From: an uncultured delta proteobacterium
GTDB taxonomy: Bacteria; Desulfobacterota; Syntrophobacteria; Syntrophobacterales; Syntrophobacteraceae
Length of the DNA stretch: 64,000 nt
Direction of reading: 5' to 3'
Assembly: GCA_963781715.1 (NCBI GenBank)
Contig: CAWAGW010000022.1
Location: forward strand, 50,095-114,094
The position numbers were made by a program, and so were the translations under genes. Below, piece by piece: positions 19,259 through 30,099 of this stretch (position 1 is its first letter; every line of letters begins with the position of its first letter). The notes below the pieces were generated by a model, which ran no database searches, was not told where the DNA came from, and was given only the letters and a program-made list of their open reading frames with translations.

Positions 19259-20089
19259 TTATTGGTACTCAATCCAATTCAAAAAGAACCAAACGATTGG
19301 GAATACAAAAAGCAGGCTGTCCAATCGATCCAAAATACCGCCGTGCCCCGGCAGGATGTTACTGGAATCCTTGACTCCGCATAGGCGTTTGGTCAAGGAT
19401 TCGATGAGATCGCCGATTTGTCCTATGATCACCAAAACCAGGCTCAATAAGACCAACCAACTTATCGGTACGGCTCTAAGGAACACGTAGCCGAACAATG
19501 TTCCGACCAACATGCCGCCGACCAAACCGCCTGCCGATCCCTCGATAGTCTTTTTCGGGCTCACGCGCTCGTAAAGTTTGTGCCGTCCGAAGTATTTGCC
19601 AGAATAAAGAGCACCAGCATCATTAGCAATGGTCACCAGCAGGACAAAGAAGACCCACCGATTGCCAAAGCTCAAATGCCTCAAAAACAACACATAAGAC
19701 AACATATAAGGTATGTAAAGCCAGCCCAAAACGAATCGGGCCGCGCGCGAAACTCCGCCGACATCCGTTGGGGAGACGAACAGGGTGGCAGACAATGCGG
19801 CGAACAAAGAGACAAAAAGAGCTCCATGGAGTCCCGTGGGGCCTAAAACCGAAGCTCCAATGGGGAACAGGAGGCCGGTCAAAACATAAAAGGCCTGCCA
19901 CCCAACCGGCAAGCCTTTTTGGAAAACCATCGCTTGAAATTCCCAAAGTCCCGTCCCGACCAGAATTCCAACCAGTAAAGTCCAACTCCAGTAAGGGCCG
20001 ACAGTGAGTACCAAAAGGACCGGGGCCGCCATTAAAAAAGCCGTAGCCCACCGCTGCATAATTGGATCCCAATGAGGCCGGTTGGACAT
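19259..20089 (-). CDS. cdsA: Phosphatidate cytidylyltransferase
   Basis: SPKKTIEG, GDLIES, KDSSNILPGHGGILDRLD. Confidence 0.95.
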   Translation of the reverse strand: MSNRPHWDPIMQRWATAFLMAAPVLLVLTVGPYWSWTLLVGILVGTGLWEFQAMVFQKGLPVGWQAFYVLTGLLFPIGASVLGPTGLHGALFVSLFAALSATLFVSPTDVGGVSRAARFVLGWLYIPYMLSYVLFLRHLSFGNRWVFFVLLVTIANDAGALYSGKYFGRHKLYERVSPKKTIEGSAGGLVGGMLVGTLFGYVFLRAVPISWLVLLSLVLVIIGQIGDLIESLTKRLCGVKDSSNILPGHGGILDRLDSLLFVFPIVWFFLNWIEYQ

Positions 20090-20170
20090 TTCAGCTGTTA
20101 ACCCGCAACAAAGCCATTGGAGCCGCTACGAATCATCAATAATGCTCGTTGGGCGCTACAACTCATAAGG

Positions 20171-20932
20171 TCACTTTTGGCTGCCGGCAGCATAACGCTC
20201 CGTTCGCATCTGCTCGTCGTAGGTACCGAAACGGCGTTCTCGTCTTTGATAATCGCTCAACGCTTCACGAAACTCTTCTTCCCTGAAATCCGGCCAGAGC
20301 ACCTCGGTGATATAGAACTCAGCGTAAGCAAGTTGCCATAACAAAAAATTGCTCACCCGGTATTCGCCGCTTGTACGGATTATCAGGTCCGGATCGGGCA
20401 CACCCTGTGTGAATAAATAGCTCGAAAACAGGTCTGACGAGAGATCATCCGGAGAATACTTGCCCATCCGAACATCTGCGGCAAAAAGTCTGGCGGCCCT
20501 TTCAATTTCCTGTCTTCCGCCGTAATTCACGGCAAGGTTTACCACCAGTCGATTCAGGTCTTTGGTTTGTTCGATTACGTTCAGCAGTTCCCGAACTACA
20601 TCTTCCGGTATGCCATCCAAATCGCCGATATGGCAAAGACGAATTTCCTTATCGAGCAGCTCCGGCAATTCCGATACCAGAAACTTTCTGAGCAAACGCC
20701 AGAGGGCATTCACCTCGGAAGACGGCCTTTGCCAGTTTTCTTTGGAGAAAGCGTATAATGTCAGATACGGAATCCCCAGTTCTCGACAGCTGCGCACAAC
20801 TGCTCGAACCGAATTGGCTCCTTCTTCATGGCCGACAATACGGTTTAGGAATCTCTTTTTAGCCCAGCGCCCGTTTCCATCCATAATGATTGCAACATGG
20901 CGTGGGAGTTGATCAAGATCCAATTGATGCAT
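20171..20932 (-). CDS. uppS: Undecaprenyl diphosphate synthase
   Basis: HVAIIMDGNGRWA, FSKENWQRP, IRTSGEYRVSNFLLWQ. Confidence 0.97.
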   Translation of the reverse strand: MHQLDLDQLPRHVAIIMDGNGRWAKKRFLNRIVGHEEGANSVRAVVRSCRELGIPYLTLYAFSKENWQRPSSEVNALWRLLRKFLVSELPELLDKEIRLCHIGDLDGIPEDVVRELLNVIEQTKDLNRLVVNLAVNYGGRQEIERAARLFAADVRMGKYSPDDLSSDLFSSYLFTQGVPDPDLIIRTSGEYRVSNFLLWQLAYAEFYITEVLWPDFREEEFREALSDYQRRERRFGTYDEQMRTERYAAGSQK

Positions 20933-20934
20933 CT

Positions 20935-21492
20935 TCAGATTTCCAGAACTTCCGTTTCCTTATTATTGTAAATCGAGTCGATATTGCCAATGAAATCGTC
21001 GGTAATTTTCTGGATCTCATCCTGTGCCCTGAATTGATCGTCCTCGGATATTTCCTTGTCTTTTTTTAAATCTTTGATCATCTCATTGGCATCCCGGCGG
21101 ATGTTGCGAACGGCGACTTTGGCTTCCTCGGCCATTTTCTTGATGACTTTGACCAGATCGCGGCGACGTTCTTCGGTCAGCGGAGGAACATTGATGCGAA
21201 TGATCTTACCATCGTTCATCGGTGTTAAGCCAAGCTCGGATTTTAATATCGCCTTTTCCACTTCGCCTACGATGGTGGTATCCCAGGGCTGTATCATGAT
21301 GGTCCGCGGTTCGGGAATCGTCAGGGTTGCCAACTGGTTTAAAGGTGTTGAAGTCCCATAATATTCGACTCTTATGCCATCTACCAGGGCAATCGAAGCT
21401 CTTCCCGTGCGCAGCCTCTTATATTCGCGCTCTAAATTCTCGAGGGCCTTTTGCATGCGATCCCGTGCATCTTCATAGACATCATTCAACAT
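20935..21492 (-). CDS. frr: Ribosome recycling factor
   Basis: [22 protein letters not shown]; start ATG 21492. Confidence 0.97.
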   Translation of the reverse strand: MLNDVYEDARDRMQKALENLEREYKRLRTGRASIALVDGIRVEYYGTSTPLNQLATLTIPEPRTIMIQPWDTTIVGEVEKAILKSELGLTPMNDGKIIRINVPPLTEERRRDLVKVIKKMAEEAKVAVRNIRRDANEMIKDLKKDKEISEDDQFRAQDEIQKITDDFIGNIDSIYNNKETEVLEI

Positions 21493-22225
21493 GACCGAAT
21501 CCCTCCACCACTGTCCCCACAGGTTTACCAAGAATAACGTCCTTGATATTACCCCGTTTTTTCAAATTAAAAATCACGATCATCATATCTTGGTCTCTCG
21601 CCAGAGAGATTGCCGTTGCATCCATCACCTTCAGGTTCTTCTGCAGAACTTCAGTAAAGCTAATCCTGTCAAATTTTACTGCCGAATGATCTTTCTCAGG
21701 ATCCGTGGCGTACACTCCATCCACCCTTGTGGCTTTCAACAGCACTTCAGCGTTGATTTCCACTGCTCTCAATGCAGCCGTAGTATCCGTCGTAAAGAAC
21801 GGAAGTCCGGTTCCTGCAGCAAAGATTACAATGCGACCTTTTTCCAAGTGCCTTATAGCCCGGCGACGTATATAGGGTTCAGCCACTTCCTTCATATCGA
21901 TGGCCGACTGCACCCGAGTGGCAATTCCATGTTTTTCAAGTGCCTGCTGTAGTGCCAGAGCATTCATAACCGTAGCCAGCATACCCATATAATCGGCCGT
22001 TGAGCGATCCATCCCCTGGGAAGCACCGAAAACTCCGCGGAAAATATTGCCTCCACCAACCACCAGTGCAACCTGGACCCCCATTCGATGAATTTCATCA
22101 ATTTCGTCGGAGATTTCTCTCAACACTTCGGAGTCAATGCCATAGGGTTCCTTACCCATTAAAGCTTCTCCGCTGAGTTTAAGCAAAACTCTCCCGTACA
22201 GGGGTTTCTGTTGTTTCATTGCCAT
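21482..22225 (-). CDS. pyrH: UMP kinase
   Basis: [23 protein letters not shown]. Confidence 0.97.
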   Translation of the reverse strand: MAMKQQKPLYGRVLLKLSGEALMGKEPYGIDSEVLREISDEIDEIHRMGVQVALVVGGGNIFRGVFGASQGMDRSTADYMGMLATVMNALALQQALEKHGIATRVQSAIDMKEVAEPYIRRRAIRHLEKGRIVIFAAGTGLPFFTTDTTAALRAVEINAEVLLKATRVDGVYATDPEKDHSAVKFDRISFTEVLQKNLKVMDATAISLARDQDMMIVIFNLKKRGNIKDVILGKPVGTVVEGFGHVE

Positions 22226-22419
22226 CTACCACCCTAGTCATAAGGATAGAGGAAATATATCGAACCCATTGGGGGCCACTGGTCCAAAACAATTAGCTGA
22301 CCTATGCTCGAAAACTCTGTAGAGCAGGGTTTTAGTTCCGCAGAAGGCGGAATCCGATTCCGCAGCCGAAAAGAATTGCGCTGCACTAATATGCAGTTTC
22401 CGGGTGGGCATCGGCCAGC

Positions 22420-23016
22420 CTATTCAGACCCGAGCTGGTAGCGGCAGAAACGGCGGATGACAATTTTTTCGCCGATTTTTGCGACCAGCTCATTGAGGTA
22501 ATCTTGGATCGTTATATTGGGATCCCTGACATAGGCTTGCTCCATCAAGACAGACTCTTCATAGAACTTGCGCATTTTCCCTTCAACCATCTTCTCCAGG
22601 ATATTTTCCGGTTTTCCCGACTCTCTGGCTTGTTCCAAGTAGATCGCCTTCTCCCGCTCCATTACTTCCTGCGGAACATCCTCGCGTTGAATGCCAAACG
22701 GGTTTGCTGCGGCGATATGCATAGCAACATTTTTTACAAATTCTTGGAAATCTTCACTCTTAGCAGCGAAATCTGTTTCACAGTTCACTTCGAGCAATAC
22801 TCCCAAACGTCCGCCGGCATGAATGTAGGCATGAACCATACCCTCTGAAGCCTCTCTACCAGAGCGTTTCATGGCTTTGGAGAGGCCTTTCTTACGCAGT
22901 AAGTCAACCGCCTTCTCCATATCACCCTCAGTGTCCTGAAGGGCTTTTTTGCAATCCATCATGCCAACATTGGTGGCTTCTCTTAACTCACGTACCATTG
23001 CAGCTGTAACTTCCAA
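22420..23016 (-). CDS. tsf: Elongation factor Ts (short form)
   Basis: LREATNVGMMDCKKAL, EVNCETDF; TTG start after AGGAGG. Confidence 0.96.
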   Translation of the reverse strand: MEVTAAMVRELREATNVGMMDCKKALQDTEGDMEKAVDLLRKKGLSKAMKRSGREASEGMVHAYIHAGGRLGVLLEVNCETDFAAKSEDFQEFVKNVAMHIAAANPFGIQREDVPQEVMEREKAIYLEQARESGKPENILEKMVEGKMRKFYEESVLMEQAYVRDPNITIQDYLNELVAKIGEKIVIRRFCRYQLGSE

Positions 23017-23247
23017 CTGTGTCCTCCTGTCGATAGATATATCTAAAATATCTAAAATGTGATTAATAAAGTAGTCTTAGACCATTTACCGTTTTGTTCT
23101 TGAAACAAACGGCAGGCGCCATCTCGGGTTGCATCTTCCCCTACTCCGACTACCAGACTCCCTCCGCAAGAGGGTTTAAACGGGGGAAAAAAGTAGGACG
23201 GCAAAGATGAATACGTCACGATTGAAAACCAAGCGGCGCAGAATTTG

Positions 23248-23270
23248 AAAAAGCCGGATAAATCCGGCTT
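23248..23270 (-). terminator. Intrinsic terminator between rpsB and tsf
   Basis: Minus strand AAGCCGGA-TTTA-TCCGGC-TTTTT. Confidence 0.7.
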
Positions 23271-23293
23271 GTCTCTGTTCAAAAACCAGCTAG

Positions 23294-24130
23294 TTATTCT
23301 TTGCCTTCATCTTCTGTTTCGGATTCTCCGACGGGATTGACAATCTCCACCACCGGTCCGCTTTCTTCTTCACTCAGCAACTGCCCTGCCGGAACTTCTT
23401 CCAGATAAGACGATCCCTTATCCTGCACGGCCTGCTGGGCTTCTTCATAACGCCGGCGCCCTTCGATACAAGCATCTGCGATCTTTGAAGTAACGAGGCG
23501 GATTGCTCGTATAGCATCATCATTACCCGGAATGGGGTAATCGATCATATCCGGGTCACAGTTGGTATCCACCACGGCAACAACCGGAATACCGAGACGG
23601 TTGGCTTCTGCTACTGCTATTTTTTCCCTTTGCGTGTCCACTACAAAAAGGATTCCGGGTAGACGCGTCATTTCCTTGATCCCGCCCAAGTTCTTTTCCA
23701 GTTTTTCACGTTCGCGTTGCAAGGAAAGAATCTCTTTTTTAGGAAACCGGTTGATGCTCCCGTCTTCAACCATGGCGTCAAGTTCTTTGAGCCGATCGAT
23801 CCTGAGTTTGATGGTTTTGAAGTTGGTCAGCATGCCGCCGAGCCAGCGTTGATTGACATAATACATGTCGCATCTCTGGACTTCTTCCTGAAGCGTATCG
23901 CGGGCCTGCTGTTTAGTGCCGACGAACAAAACTGTCTCCCCGCGGGCTGTGCTTTCAACCACGACCTGATAGGCCGCGTGAAACAGGCGAACAGTGCGCT
24001 GCAGATCGATGATATAAATGCCGTTGCGCGCGCCAAAAATGTAGGGTTTCATTTTGGGATTCCAACGGCGCGTTTGATGACCGAAATGGACCCCGGCTTC
24101 CAATAACTGCTTCATACTAACGATAGCCAT
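23294..24130 (-). CDS. rpsB: 30S ribosomal protein S2
   Basis: [36 protein letters not shown]; start ATG 24130. Confidence 0.98.
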   Translation of the reverse strand: MAIVSMKQLLEAGVHFGHQTRRWNPKMKPYIFGARNGIYIIDLQRTVRLFHAAYQVVVESTARGETVLFVGTKQQARDTLQEEVQRCDMYYVNQRWLGGMLTNFKTIKLRIDRLKELDAMVEDGSINRFPKKEILSLQREREKLEKNLGGIKEMTRLPGILFVVDTQREKIAVAEANRLGIPVVAVVDTNCDPDMIDYPIPGNDDAIRAIRLVTSKIADACIEGRRRYEEAQQAVQDKGSSYLEEVPAGQLLSEEESGPVVEIVNPVGESETEDEGKE

Positions 24131-24144
24131 ACAAATCTCCTTCT

Positions 24145-24216
24145 GGTTGTGCCTCCACCCTGTCCTAACCCGCTTTGTCAATTTTTTCGGGCACCAAAAG
24201 GTTTTCAGGGTGTGCG
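24145..24216 (-). ncRNA. rpsB (S2) autoregulatory leader RNA
   Basis: Minus strand CACACCCUG..GGUGCCCG..CGGGUUAGGACAGGGUGGAGGCACAACC matches the known CACAC / GGUG / GUGGAGGCA-AACC pattern. Confidence 0.8.
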
Positions 24217-24471
24217 ATTAAGAGCAAATCACGCCTCTTTAACATGATCCATGAAACACTTGCAACAAAAAAGTAGAATATTTATGGTGTGCGAATTTTA
24301 AAAGGTTTGACCTTTCTTGACAATCTCGCTGACTCAATATAGGAGATGTTCTGTAAGAATTTAAGTGCATCTGGGGTCTGTCCGGAACCGGATTAGCTTG
24401 TATCTGCCAGGCTTTGGGGACCATTAGTTTGATTCTCATATATTTTAATGTATTTGAAAAGCGAACCACGC

Positions 24472-25545
24472 ATGAACAAGACAACTCTATTAGTAACAGG
24501 TGGTGCCGGTTTTATCGGAAGTAACTTCATACTTGCCGAATTTAGGCGAGGCGACGTCCGCATCGTAAATCTGGACCTCCTGACCTATGCCGGAAACCCG
24601 AAAAATCTTGAATCGTTAAGTGGTAATCCAGGCTACATTCCCATCCATGGAGATATCGGCGACCGCGAACTACTGCGCACAATCATGACCCAATTTAAGC
24701 TCGATGCCATTGTGAATTTTGCAGCAGAGTCTCATGTTGACCGATCAATCGTGGGACCTGAAGAATTCATTCGCACCAATGTGGTGGGCACCTTCAATTT
24801 ACTCGAAGAGGTGCGTACCTATTGGATGAGTTTCCAAGCTCCACGGCGGGATACTTTCCGATTCCTGCATGTTTCTACCGATGAGGTTTATGGTTCTCTC
24901 AGGCTCGACGATCCACCTTTTACCGAAAGAACTCCGTATGCGCCAAACAGTCCTTATTCGGCCTCCAAAGCGGCCAGCGATCATCTAGTAAGAGCCTATC
25001 ATCACACTTACGGCATGCCTTGCCTTACTACCAATTGTTCCAACAACTACGGTCCGATGCAGTTTCCGGAAAAGCTTATTCCGCTGATGATCTTAAACGC
25101 GTTGGGGGGAAAACCGTTGCCGATCTATGGTGACGGCCGGAACGTAAGAGACTGGCTGTACGTGAAGGACCATTGTGATGCCATCAGAATGGTGCTGGAT
25201 CAAGGTCGTGTTGGAGAAGTCTACAATATCGGCGGACGCTGCGAGATGACCAATCTGGAAGTAGTGCACAGAATCTGCCGTCTTCTCGATGAAATGTATC
25301 CTCAATCTGTTTTCAAGCCGCACGCATCTCTCATTAATTTTGTCAAAGATCGTCCGGGGCACGATTGGCGCTATGCCATCGATTGCACCAAAATCAAGGA
25401 AGAATTGGGTTGGAAGCCCAAAGAGACATTTGACAGTGGCCTTAGAAAAACCATCGAGTGGTACATGCAAAATACCGATTGGATCGACTCTGTAAGGACC
25501 GGTGCCTATCGCCAATGGATCAAGAGTCATTACGGAACACCTTAG
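24472..25545 (+). CDS. rfbB: dTDP-glucose 4,6-dehydratase
   Basis: VTGGAGFIGSNF, AAESHVDRSI, STDEVYG, PYSASKA. Confidence 0.97.
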   Translation: MNKTTLLVTGGAGFIGSNFILAEFRRGDVRIVNLDLLTYAGNPKNLESLSGNPGYIPIHGDIGDRELLRTIMTQFKLDAIVNFAAESHVDRSIVGPEEFIRTNVVGTFNLLEEVRTYWMSFQAPRRDTFRFLHVSTDEVYGSLRLDDPPFTERTPYAPNSPYSASKAASDHLVRAYHHTYGMPCLTTNCSNNYGPMQFPEKLIPLMILNALGGKPLPIYGDGRNVRDWLYVKDHCDAIRMVLDQGRVGEVYNIGGRCEMTNLEVVHRICRLLDEMYPQSVFKPHASLINFVKDRPGHDWRYAIDCTKIKEELGWKPKETFDSGLRKTIEWYMQNTDWIDSVRTGAYRQWIKSHYGTP

Positions 25546-25686
25546 AGGTCTTTATCGGGATAAGATGTTTGGTTTTTCGCGGATAGCATTCAGGTTATTT
25601 TTGCAGGTACTTAACCCGCACTGGCCGAAATGTCGTAAGCGTAACAGATTAGTACTTCAAAAATCATAACCATTAGGAATTGCAAA

Positions 25687-26616
25687 ATGATTGATTCGGA
25701 CTCGGGTATGCGAAGCATTTCACCTGCGCAGCAATGGAAAGGCATCATTCTTGCCGGAGGCGCTGGCACGAGACTCTACCCTATTACTAAAGCGGTTAGT
25801 AAACAATTGTTGCCGGTATATGATAAGCCAATGATTTACTATCCCCTGTCGATCCTTATGTTGGCGGGAATTCGTGATATTTTGGTGATTTCTACACCCG
25901 AGGATCTGCCCAGATTCAGGGTGCTGTTGGGAGATGGCAGCCAGTGGGGCATTAGGTTTTTTTATGAAGAGCAACCGAAACCCGAAGGTTTGGCGCAGGC
26001 CTTTATCATCGGTCGCGAATTCATTGGCAGCAAAAAAGTCTGCTTGATTCTTGGCGACAATATCTTCTACGGTCATGGTCTTAAGGGAATCCTCCGCAAG
26101 GCCGTAACAATTGACAAGGGAGGCCTGATTTTCGGCTATTGGGTGCGAGACCCTGAGCGCTACGGCATCGTTGAATTTGATGAATGCGGCAAAGTCATCA
26201 GCATTGAAGAGAAGCCGAAGGAGCCAAAATCTCGCTACGCGGTTCCCGGGTTGTATTTTTACGACAATGATGTCATTGGTATTGCCACCAGGCTAAAACC
26301 CTCTAATCGAGGAGAACTCGAGATCACTGACGTTAACAAAGAATACTTGAGACGCGGCGAATTGCGAGTTGAATTGCTGGGCAGAGGCTTTGCCTGGCTA
26401 GACACCGGTACACATGATTCACTTATTGAGGCGAGCAGTTACATTGAAACCATTGAGAAACGGCAGGGGCTAAAGATTTCCTGCGTGGAGGAAGTTGCCT
26501 ACCGAATGGGTTTCATCGATGCGGAACAAGTCAGGAGGCTTGCTGAACCCATGCAAAAAAATGGCTATGGGCAATATTTGCTTAATATTCTGCAGGATCA
26601 TGTCATCTTCGAGTAA
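25687..26616 (+). CDS. rfbA: Glucose-1-phosphate thymidylyltransferase
   Basis: [35 protein letters not shown]; start uncertain. Confidence 0.97.
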   Translation: MIDSDSGMRSISPAQQWKGIILAGGAGTRLYPITKAVSKQLLPVYDKPMIYYPLSILMLAGIRDILVISTPEDLPRFRVLLGDGSQWGIRFFYEEQPKPEGLAQAFIIGREFIGSKKVCLILGDNIFYGHGLKGILRKAVTIDKGGLIFGYWVRDPERYGIVEFDECGKVISIEEKPKEPKSRYAVPGLYFYDNDVIGIATRLKPSNRGELEITDVNKEYLRRGELRVELLGRGFAWLDTGTHDSLIEASSYIETIEKRQGLKISCVEEVAYRMGFIDAEQVRRLAEPMQKNGYGQYLLNILQDHVIFE

Positions 26617-26627
26617 GGATTCTCCTG

Positions 26628-27512
26628 ATGAAAGTGCTGGTCGTAGGAAGCAACGGAATGCTGGGGCAGGATCTCATGTCCCGCTTGGTGCAAACGGAGC
26701 ATACAGGGTTTGGTCTGGACATACCGCAGATCGATATCACCAGCCAAAGGGACCTTACTACCATCGTAAAAGATTTGGCTCCTGGCTTGATTATCAATTG
26801 TGCCGCCTATACAGCAGTCGACAAGGCTGAGTCTGAAGCAGACTTGGCCTTGTCGGTCAATCGTGATGGGTCTGCAAATCTGGCGGACGTTTGCATGAAT
26901 CAGAGTATTGCACTGGTCCATATTTCAACCGATTATGTATTTGATGGAAACAGCAGGCAACCATATAAAGAAAGCGATCCTGCCAGTCCAATCGGCATTT
27001 ACGGGCGGAGTAAGTGGGAGGGGGAAGAAGCTGTTCGTGCCCACTTGAGCGAGCATTTGATCGTCAGAACAGCTTGGCTTTTTGGCGCCCAAGGGCATAA
27101 TTTTGTTAAAACCATTCTCCGCCTGGGCAGAGAGAGGGAAGAAATTAAAGTTGTTGCCGATCAATTCGGGTGCCCAACCTGGACGGGAGATCTTGCCGAC
27201 GGCCTGGTTAGAATAGTCAGGCTGATCGCCGATGGTAAGACGCCAATCCAGTGGGGAACATATCACTTTTGCGGCAAGGGTCAGACAACTTGGTATGGCT
27301 TTGCCGAAGCCATCGTTGCCGAAGGACGACAGAGAGAAACACTCAGGGTGAGAAGAGTCGTTCCAATAAAGACCTCTGATTATCCGACTCCCGCTGCTCG
27401 ACCTGCCTGGTCTGTTCTTGATTGTGCTAAGATGGAACAAAATTTCGGTATAATCCCGCGCTCCTGGCAGCGAGGGCTGTCCGAAATGATAAACGAACTC
27501 TATTCGCTTTAG
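26628..27512 (+). CDS. rfbD: dTDP-4-dehydrorhamnose reductase
   Basis: GSNGMLG, CAAYTAVDKAE, STDYVFDG, YGRSK. Confidence 0.96.
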   Translation: MKVLVVGSNGMLGQDLMSRLVQTEHTGFGLDIPQIDITSQRDLTTIVKDLAPGLIINCAAYTAVDKAESEADLALSVNRDGSANLADVCMNQSIALVHISTDYVFDGNSRQPYKESDPASPIGIYGRSKWEGEEAVRAHLSEHLIVRTAWLFGAQGHNFVKTILRLGREREEIKVVADQFGCPTWTGDLADGLVRIVRLIADGKTPIQWGTYHFCGKGQTTWYGFAEAIVAEGRQRETLRVRRVVPIKTSDYPTPAARPAWSVLDCAKMEQNFGIIPRSWQRGLSEMINELYSL

Positions 27513-27530
27513 AGAGCTCGTCGGTTTAGT

Positions 27531-29678
27531 GTGAAAAAGACAACCATCCTGAATGAAGGCAAGAACTGCTGGCAAATCGCCAATGCAGATCGCATATCTT
27601 TCCTGATCGATGCTGCTTCCTACTTTTCGGCTTTCGTCGAAGCGATAAAGCGAGCTCAAAAGTCTATTCTCATCGTGGGATGGGACATCGACAGCAGGGT
27701 CTCACTTGTGCGCGGTGATGAATCGATGGAGTTGCCGAATCGTCTCGGCGACTTCCTCAATGAAGTGGTGTCTCGCACAGAAGGTTTGGAGGCGCATGTG
27801 CTCGCTTGGGATTTTGCCATGATTTACGCTCTGGAGCGTGAACCTCTCCCAATCTTTAAACTCGGCTTGAGCACTCATAAAAGACTTCATTTCGAAATGG
27901 ACGGAAGACATCCGGTCGGGGCATCCCATCATCAGAAAATAGTTGTGGTAGATCATAGGGTAGCTTTCGTGGGAGGCATTGATCTTGCCAGATTTCGCTG
28001 GGACACTCCGGAACATGAAGTAGGTGATCCACGCAGAGTCGATGAAAGCGGGCAAAGGTACCGACCTTTCCATGACGTGCAGATGGCGGTCTCGGGTGAG
28101 GCTGCTGCAGTTCTGGGCGATCTGGTTAGGGAGCGCTGGCGGCGGGCTACCGATAAGAGGCTTGATGCTCCGGAATTGAAGGGAGAGAAAGAAGTCTGGC
28201 CGCCAAATTTAGTCCCTGACCTGACCGATGTAGCGGTAGCTGTCGCGCGTACCGAACCGAACTATCGGGATTATCCTGAAGTCCGCGAGGTAGAAGCTCT
28301 CTACTGCGATGCCATAGATGCCGCACGACGCTTCATTTATATTGAAAACCAATACCTTACTTCGAAGGTGGGGGGGGACGCTTTGGCCAGAAGCCTGGAA
28401 CAAAAGGAAGGGCCTGAAATCCTTATCGTCCTGCCGGAGAAGAGTTCGGGGTGGCTTGAAGAGTCAACCATGGACGCTTTGAGGGCCCATTTGCTCAAGC
28501 ACCTTCAGGAGAAAGACCGGTTTGGCCGGCTGGGTGTTTATTTTCCGCATATGCCGGGTTTGGGCGAGGATTGCATCAACCTTCATTCCAAGGTGTTGGT
28601 CATCGACAACAATTTCTTGCGCATCGGGTCATCAAATTTGAGCAACCGCTCCATGGGGTTCGACACAGAATGCGACCTTGCCATAGAAGCCAATGACGAT
28701 GAGCGAATCGAGGCGGCTATTGAAAAGTTTCGGAACCGCTTAATAGGTGAACACCTTGGTGTGCCGGCCGGGGTGGTCGCAGAAAAAATATTTGGCAAAG
28801 AATCAGTACTCCGGGCAGTCGATGAATTAAAGGGGCCAGGCCGCAGCCTGCGACTGCTGAAAACGAATGTGCCGGAGTTCCTGGAGAATTTGATGCAAAA
28901 TTCAATCTTGATTGATCCCGAACGGCCGGCCGACCCGGATAAACTGATCGATCAGTATGTACCCCAAGAGGTTGGCCGTTCGGACAATCTTCGTCTTATA
29001 GGAAGCATCGCTCTGCTTGTCGGCCTGCTCGCGCTTGCTGCAGCTTGGCAGTGGACACCTTTAAAGCATTGGTTGAACCTCGATTTGCTCATTGGGTTGG
29101 CAAAATCCATTCGGGAAAACCCACTCGCTCCTTTCATCGTTATTGGTGTTTTTATAGCCGGGGGTCTCGTGAGTTTTCCCGCCACCATACTTATCGTTGC
29201 CACTGCAATTACTTTCGGACCATTGCACGGATTTATCTACACGCTGCTGGGCTGCGTGTTGAGTGCAGTTTGTGCTTTCGGCGCAGGGCATGTGCTGGGA
29301 AGAGAAGCACTGCGAAGGTTTGCGGGCAAACGCATCAATCAGCTCAGTCGACAACTGGCAAATCGTGGACTGTTGACCATTTTAATCATTCGTTTTGCGC
29401 CAGTAGCGCCATTTACGGTGATCAATATGGTTGCCGGCGCTTCGCATATAAAATTCTGGGATTTTACACTGGGAACAATCCTTGGTATGGCCCCCGGGCT
29501 TTTCGCTATAACTCTTTTTGGAGATCGTCTGGAATACGCGATCCGCAATCCGAGTCTTAAAAGCATCGCCTTATTGGCCGGACTCATCATCGCCATTTTG
29601 TCGGCCAACGTACTTTTCCGAAAATGGCTTGCGAAAGGAGGCGATCCTGGTTCGGAAAAAGAGCAGAAGACCGACTAG
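27531..29678 (+). CDS. Phospholipase D (two HKD motifs) fused to a VTT/DedA membrane domain
   Basis: HHQKIVVVD and LHSKVLVID motifs; C-terminal RFAPVAPF..AG VTT region. Confidence 0.9.
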   Translation: MKKTTILNEGKNCWQIANADRISFLIDAASYFSAFVEAIKRAQKSILIVGWDIDSRVSLVRGDESMELPNRLGDFLNEVVSRTEGLEAHVLAWDFAMIYALEREPLPIFKLGLSTHKRLHFEMDGRHPVGASHHQKIVVVDHRVAFVGGIDLARFRWDTPEHEVGDPRRVDESGQRYRPFHDVQMAVSGEAAAVLGDLVRERWRRATDKRLDAPELKGEKEVWPPNLVPDLTDVAVAVARTEPNYRDYPEVREVEALYCDAIDAARRFIYIENQYLTSKVGGDALARSLEQKEGPEILIVLPEKSSGWLEESTMDALRAHLLKHLQEKDRFGRLGVYFPHMPGLGEDCINLHSKVLVIDNNFLRIGSSNLSNRSMGFDTECDLAIEANDDERIEAAIEKFRNRLIGEHLGVPAGVVAEKIFGKESVLRAVDELKGPGRSLRLLKTNVPEFLENLMQNSILIDPERPADPDKLIDQYVPQEVGRSDNLRLIGSIALLVGLLALAAAWQWTPLKHWLNLDLLIGLAKSIRENPLAPFIVIGVFIAGGLVSFPATILIVATAITFGPLHGFIYTLLGCVLSAVCAFGAGHVLGREALRRFAGKRINQLSRQLANRGLLTILIIRFAPVAPFTVINMVAGASHIKFWDFTLGTILGMAPGLFAITLFGDRLEYAIRNPSLKSIALLAGLIIAILSANVLFRKWLAKGGDPGSEKEQKTD

Positions 29679-29811
29679 TATCCTGTCCGAAAATGCCTTC
29701 TTCGTCATTTTGAATCACGCCTTGGCGCGCTGAGAAATTTGTTAGATCAACCATTTGCGGGAGCAGGCTTGCTCGTCTTCGGCTCGAAATGACAATTCTT
29801 GGACATCCTCT
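29677..29811. mobile_element. MITE-like element with TGTCCGAAAAT / ATTCTTGGACA ends enclosing a GTCATT..AATGAC palindrome
   Basis: Imperfect terminal inverted repeats; the same end occurs at 7174-7190 and about 58615-58630. Confidence 0.55.
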
Positions 29812-29836
29812 GGAAGTGTTTGTCGAAAATAATCTC

Positions 29837-29866
29837 TTGACAGAGCATTGGGTTTATTGTTAGAGA
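29837..29866 (+). promoter_or_regulatory. Candidate sigma70 promoter of the trp leader
   Basis: Perfect TTGACA at 29837-29842; the -10 element is only a weak match. Confidence 0.4.
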
Positions 29867-29902
29867 ACAATCACTTTTATACGACTATGAAATGTGAGAG
29901 AT

Positions 29903-29989
29903 ATGCACAATAATTTACTTATAACAAAATGTTTCTGGTGCTGGTGGTGGAGCAAAGGCGGGGACGGGTGCGCCGAGGAGGTCTTGTAA
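29903..29989 (+). CDS. trpL: trp operon leader peptide (28 aa, WCWWW)
   Basis: MHNNLLITKCFWCWWWSKGGDGCAEEVL* directly upstream of the terminators and aroF-trpE. Confidence 0.85.
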   Translation: MHNNLLITKCFWCWWWSKGGDGCAEEVL

Positions 29990-30020
29990 AGCTGAACCAT
30001 CAGCTGATCTAAAATATTAG

Positions 30021-30060
30021 AAGGACCGTGGGCCACCTGGCCCACGGTCCTTTCTTTTTT
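30021..30060 (+). terminator. Attenuator terminator 1
   Basis: AAGGACCGTGGGCC-ACCT-GGCCCACGGTCCTT followed by TCTTTTTT. Confidence 0.88.
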
Positions 30061-30062
30061 GC

Positions 30063-30099
30063 AAAAGGGACCGTGGGAATTTCCTGCGGTCCCTTTTTT
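30063..30099 (+). terminator. Attenuator terminator 2
   Basis: AAAAGGGACCGTGGGA-ATT-TCCTGCGGTCCCTTTTTT. Confidence 0.8.

Noticed and set aside
22420-23016. EF-Ts of only 198 aa as a possible truncation
   Set aside because: A short EF-Ts form is normal in several phyla and the motifs are intact
27531-29678. PLD-VTT fusion as a novelty
   Set aside because: This domain architecture is already widespread and known
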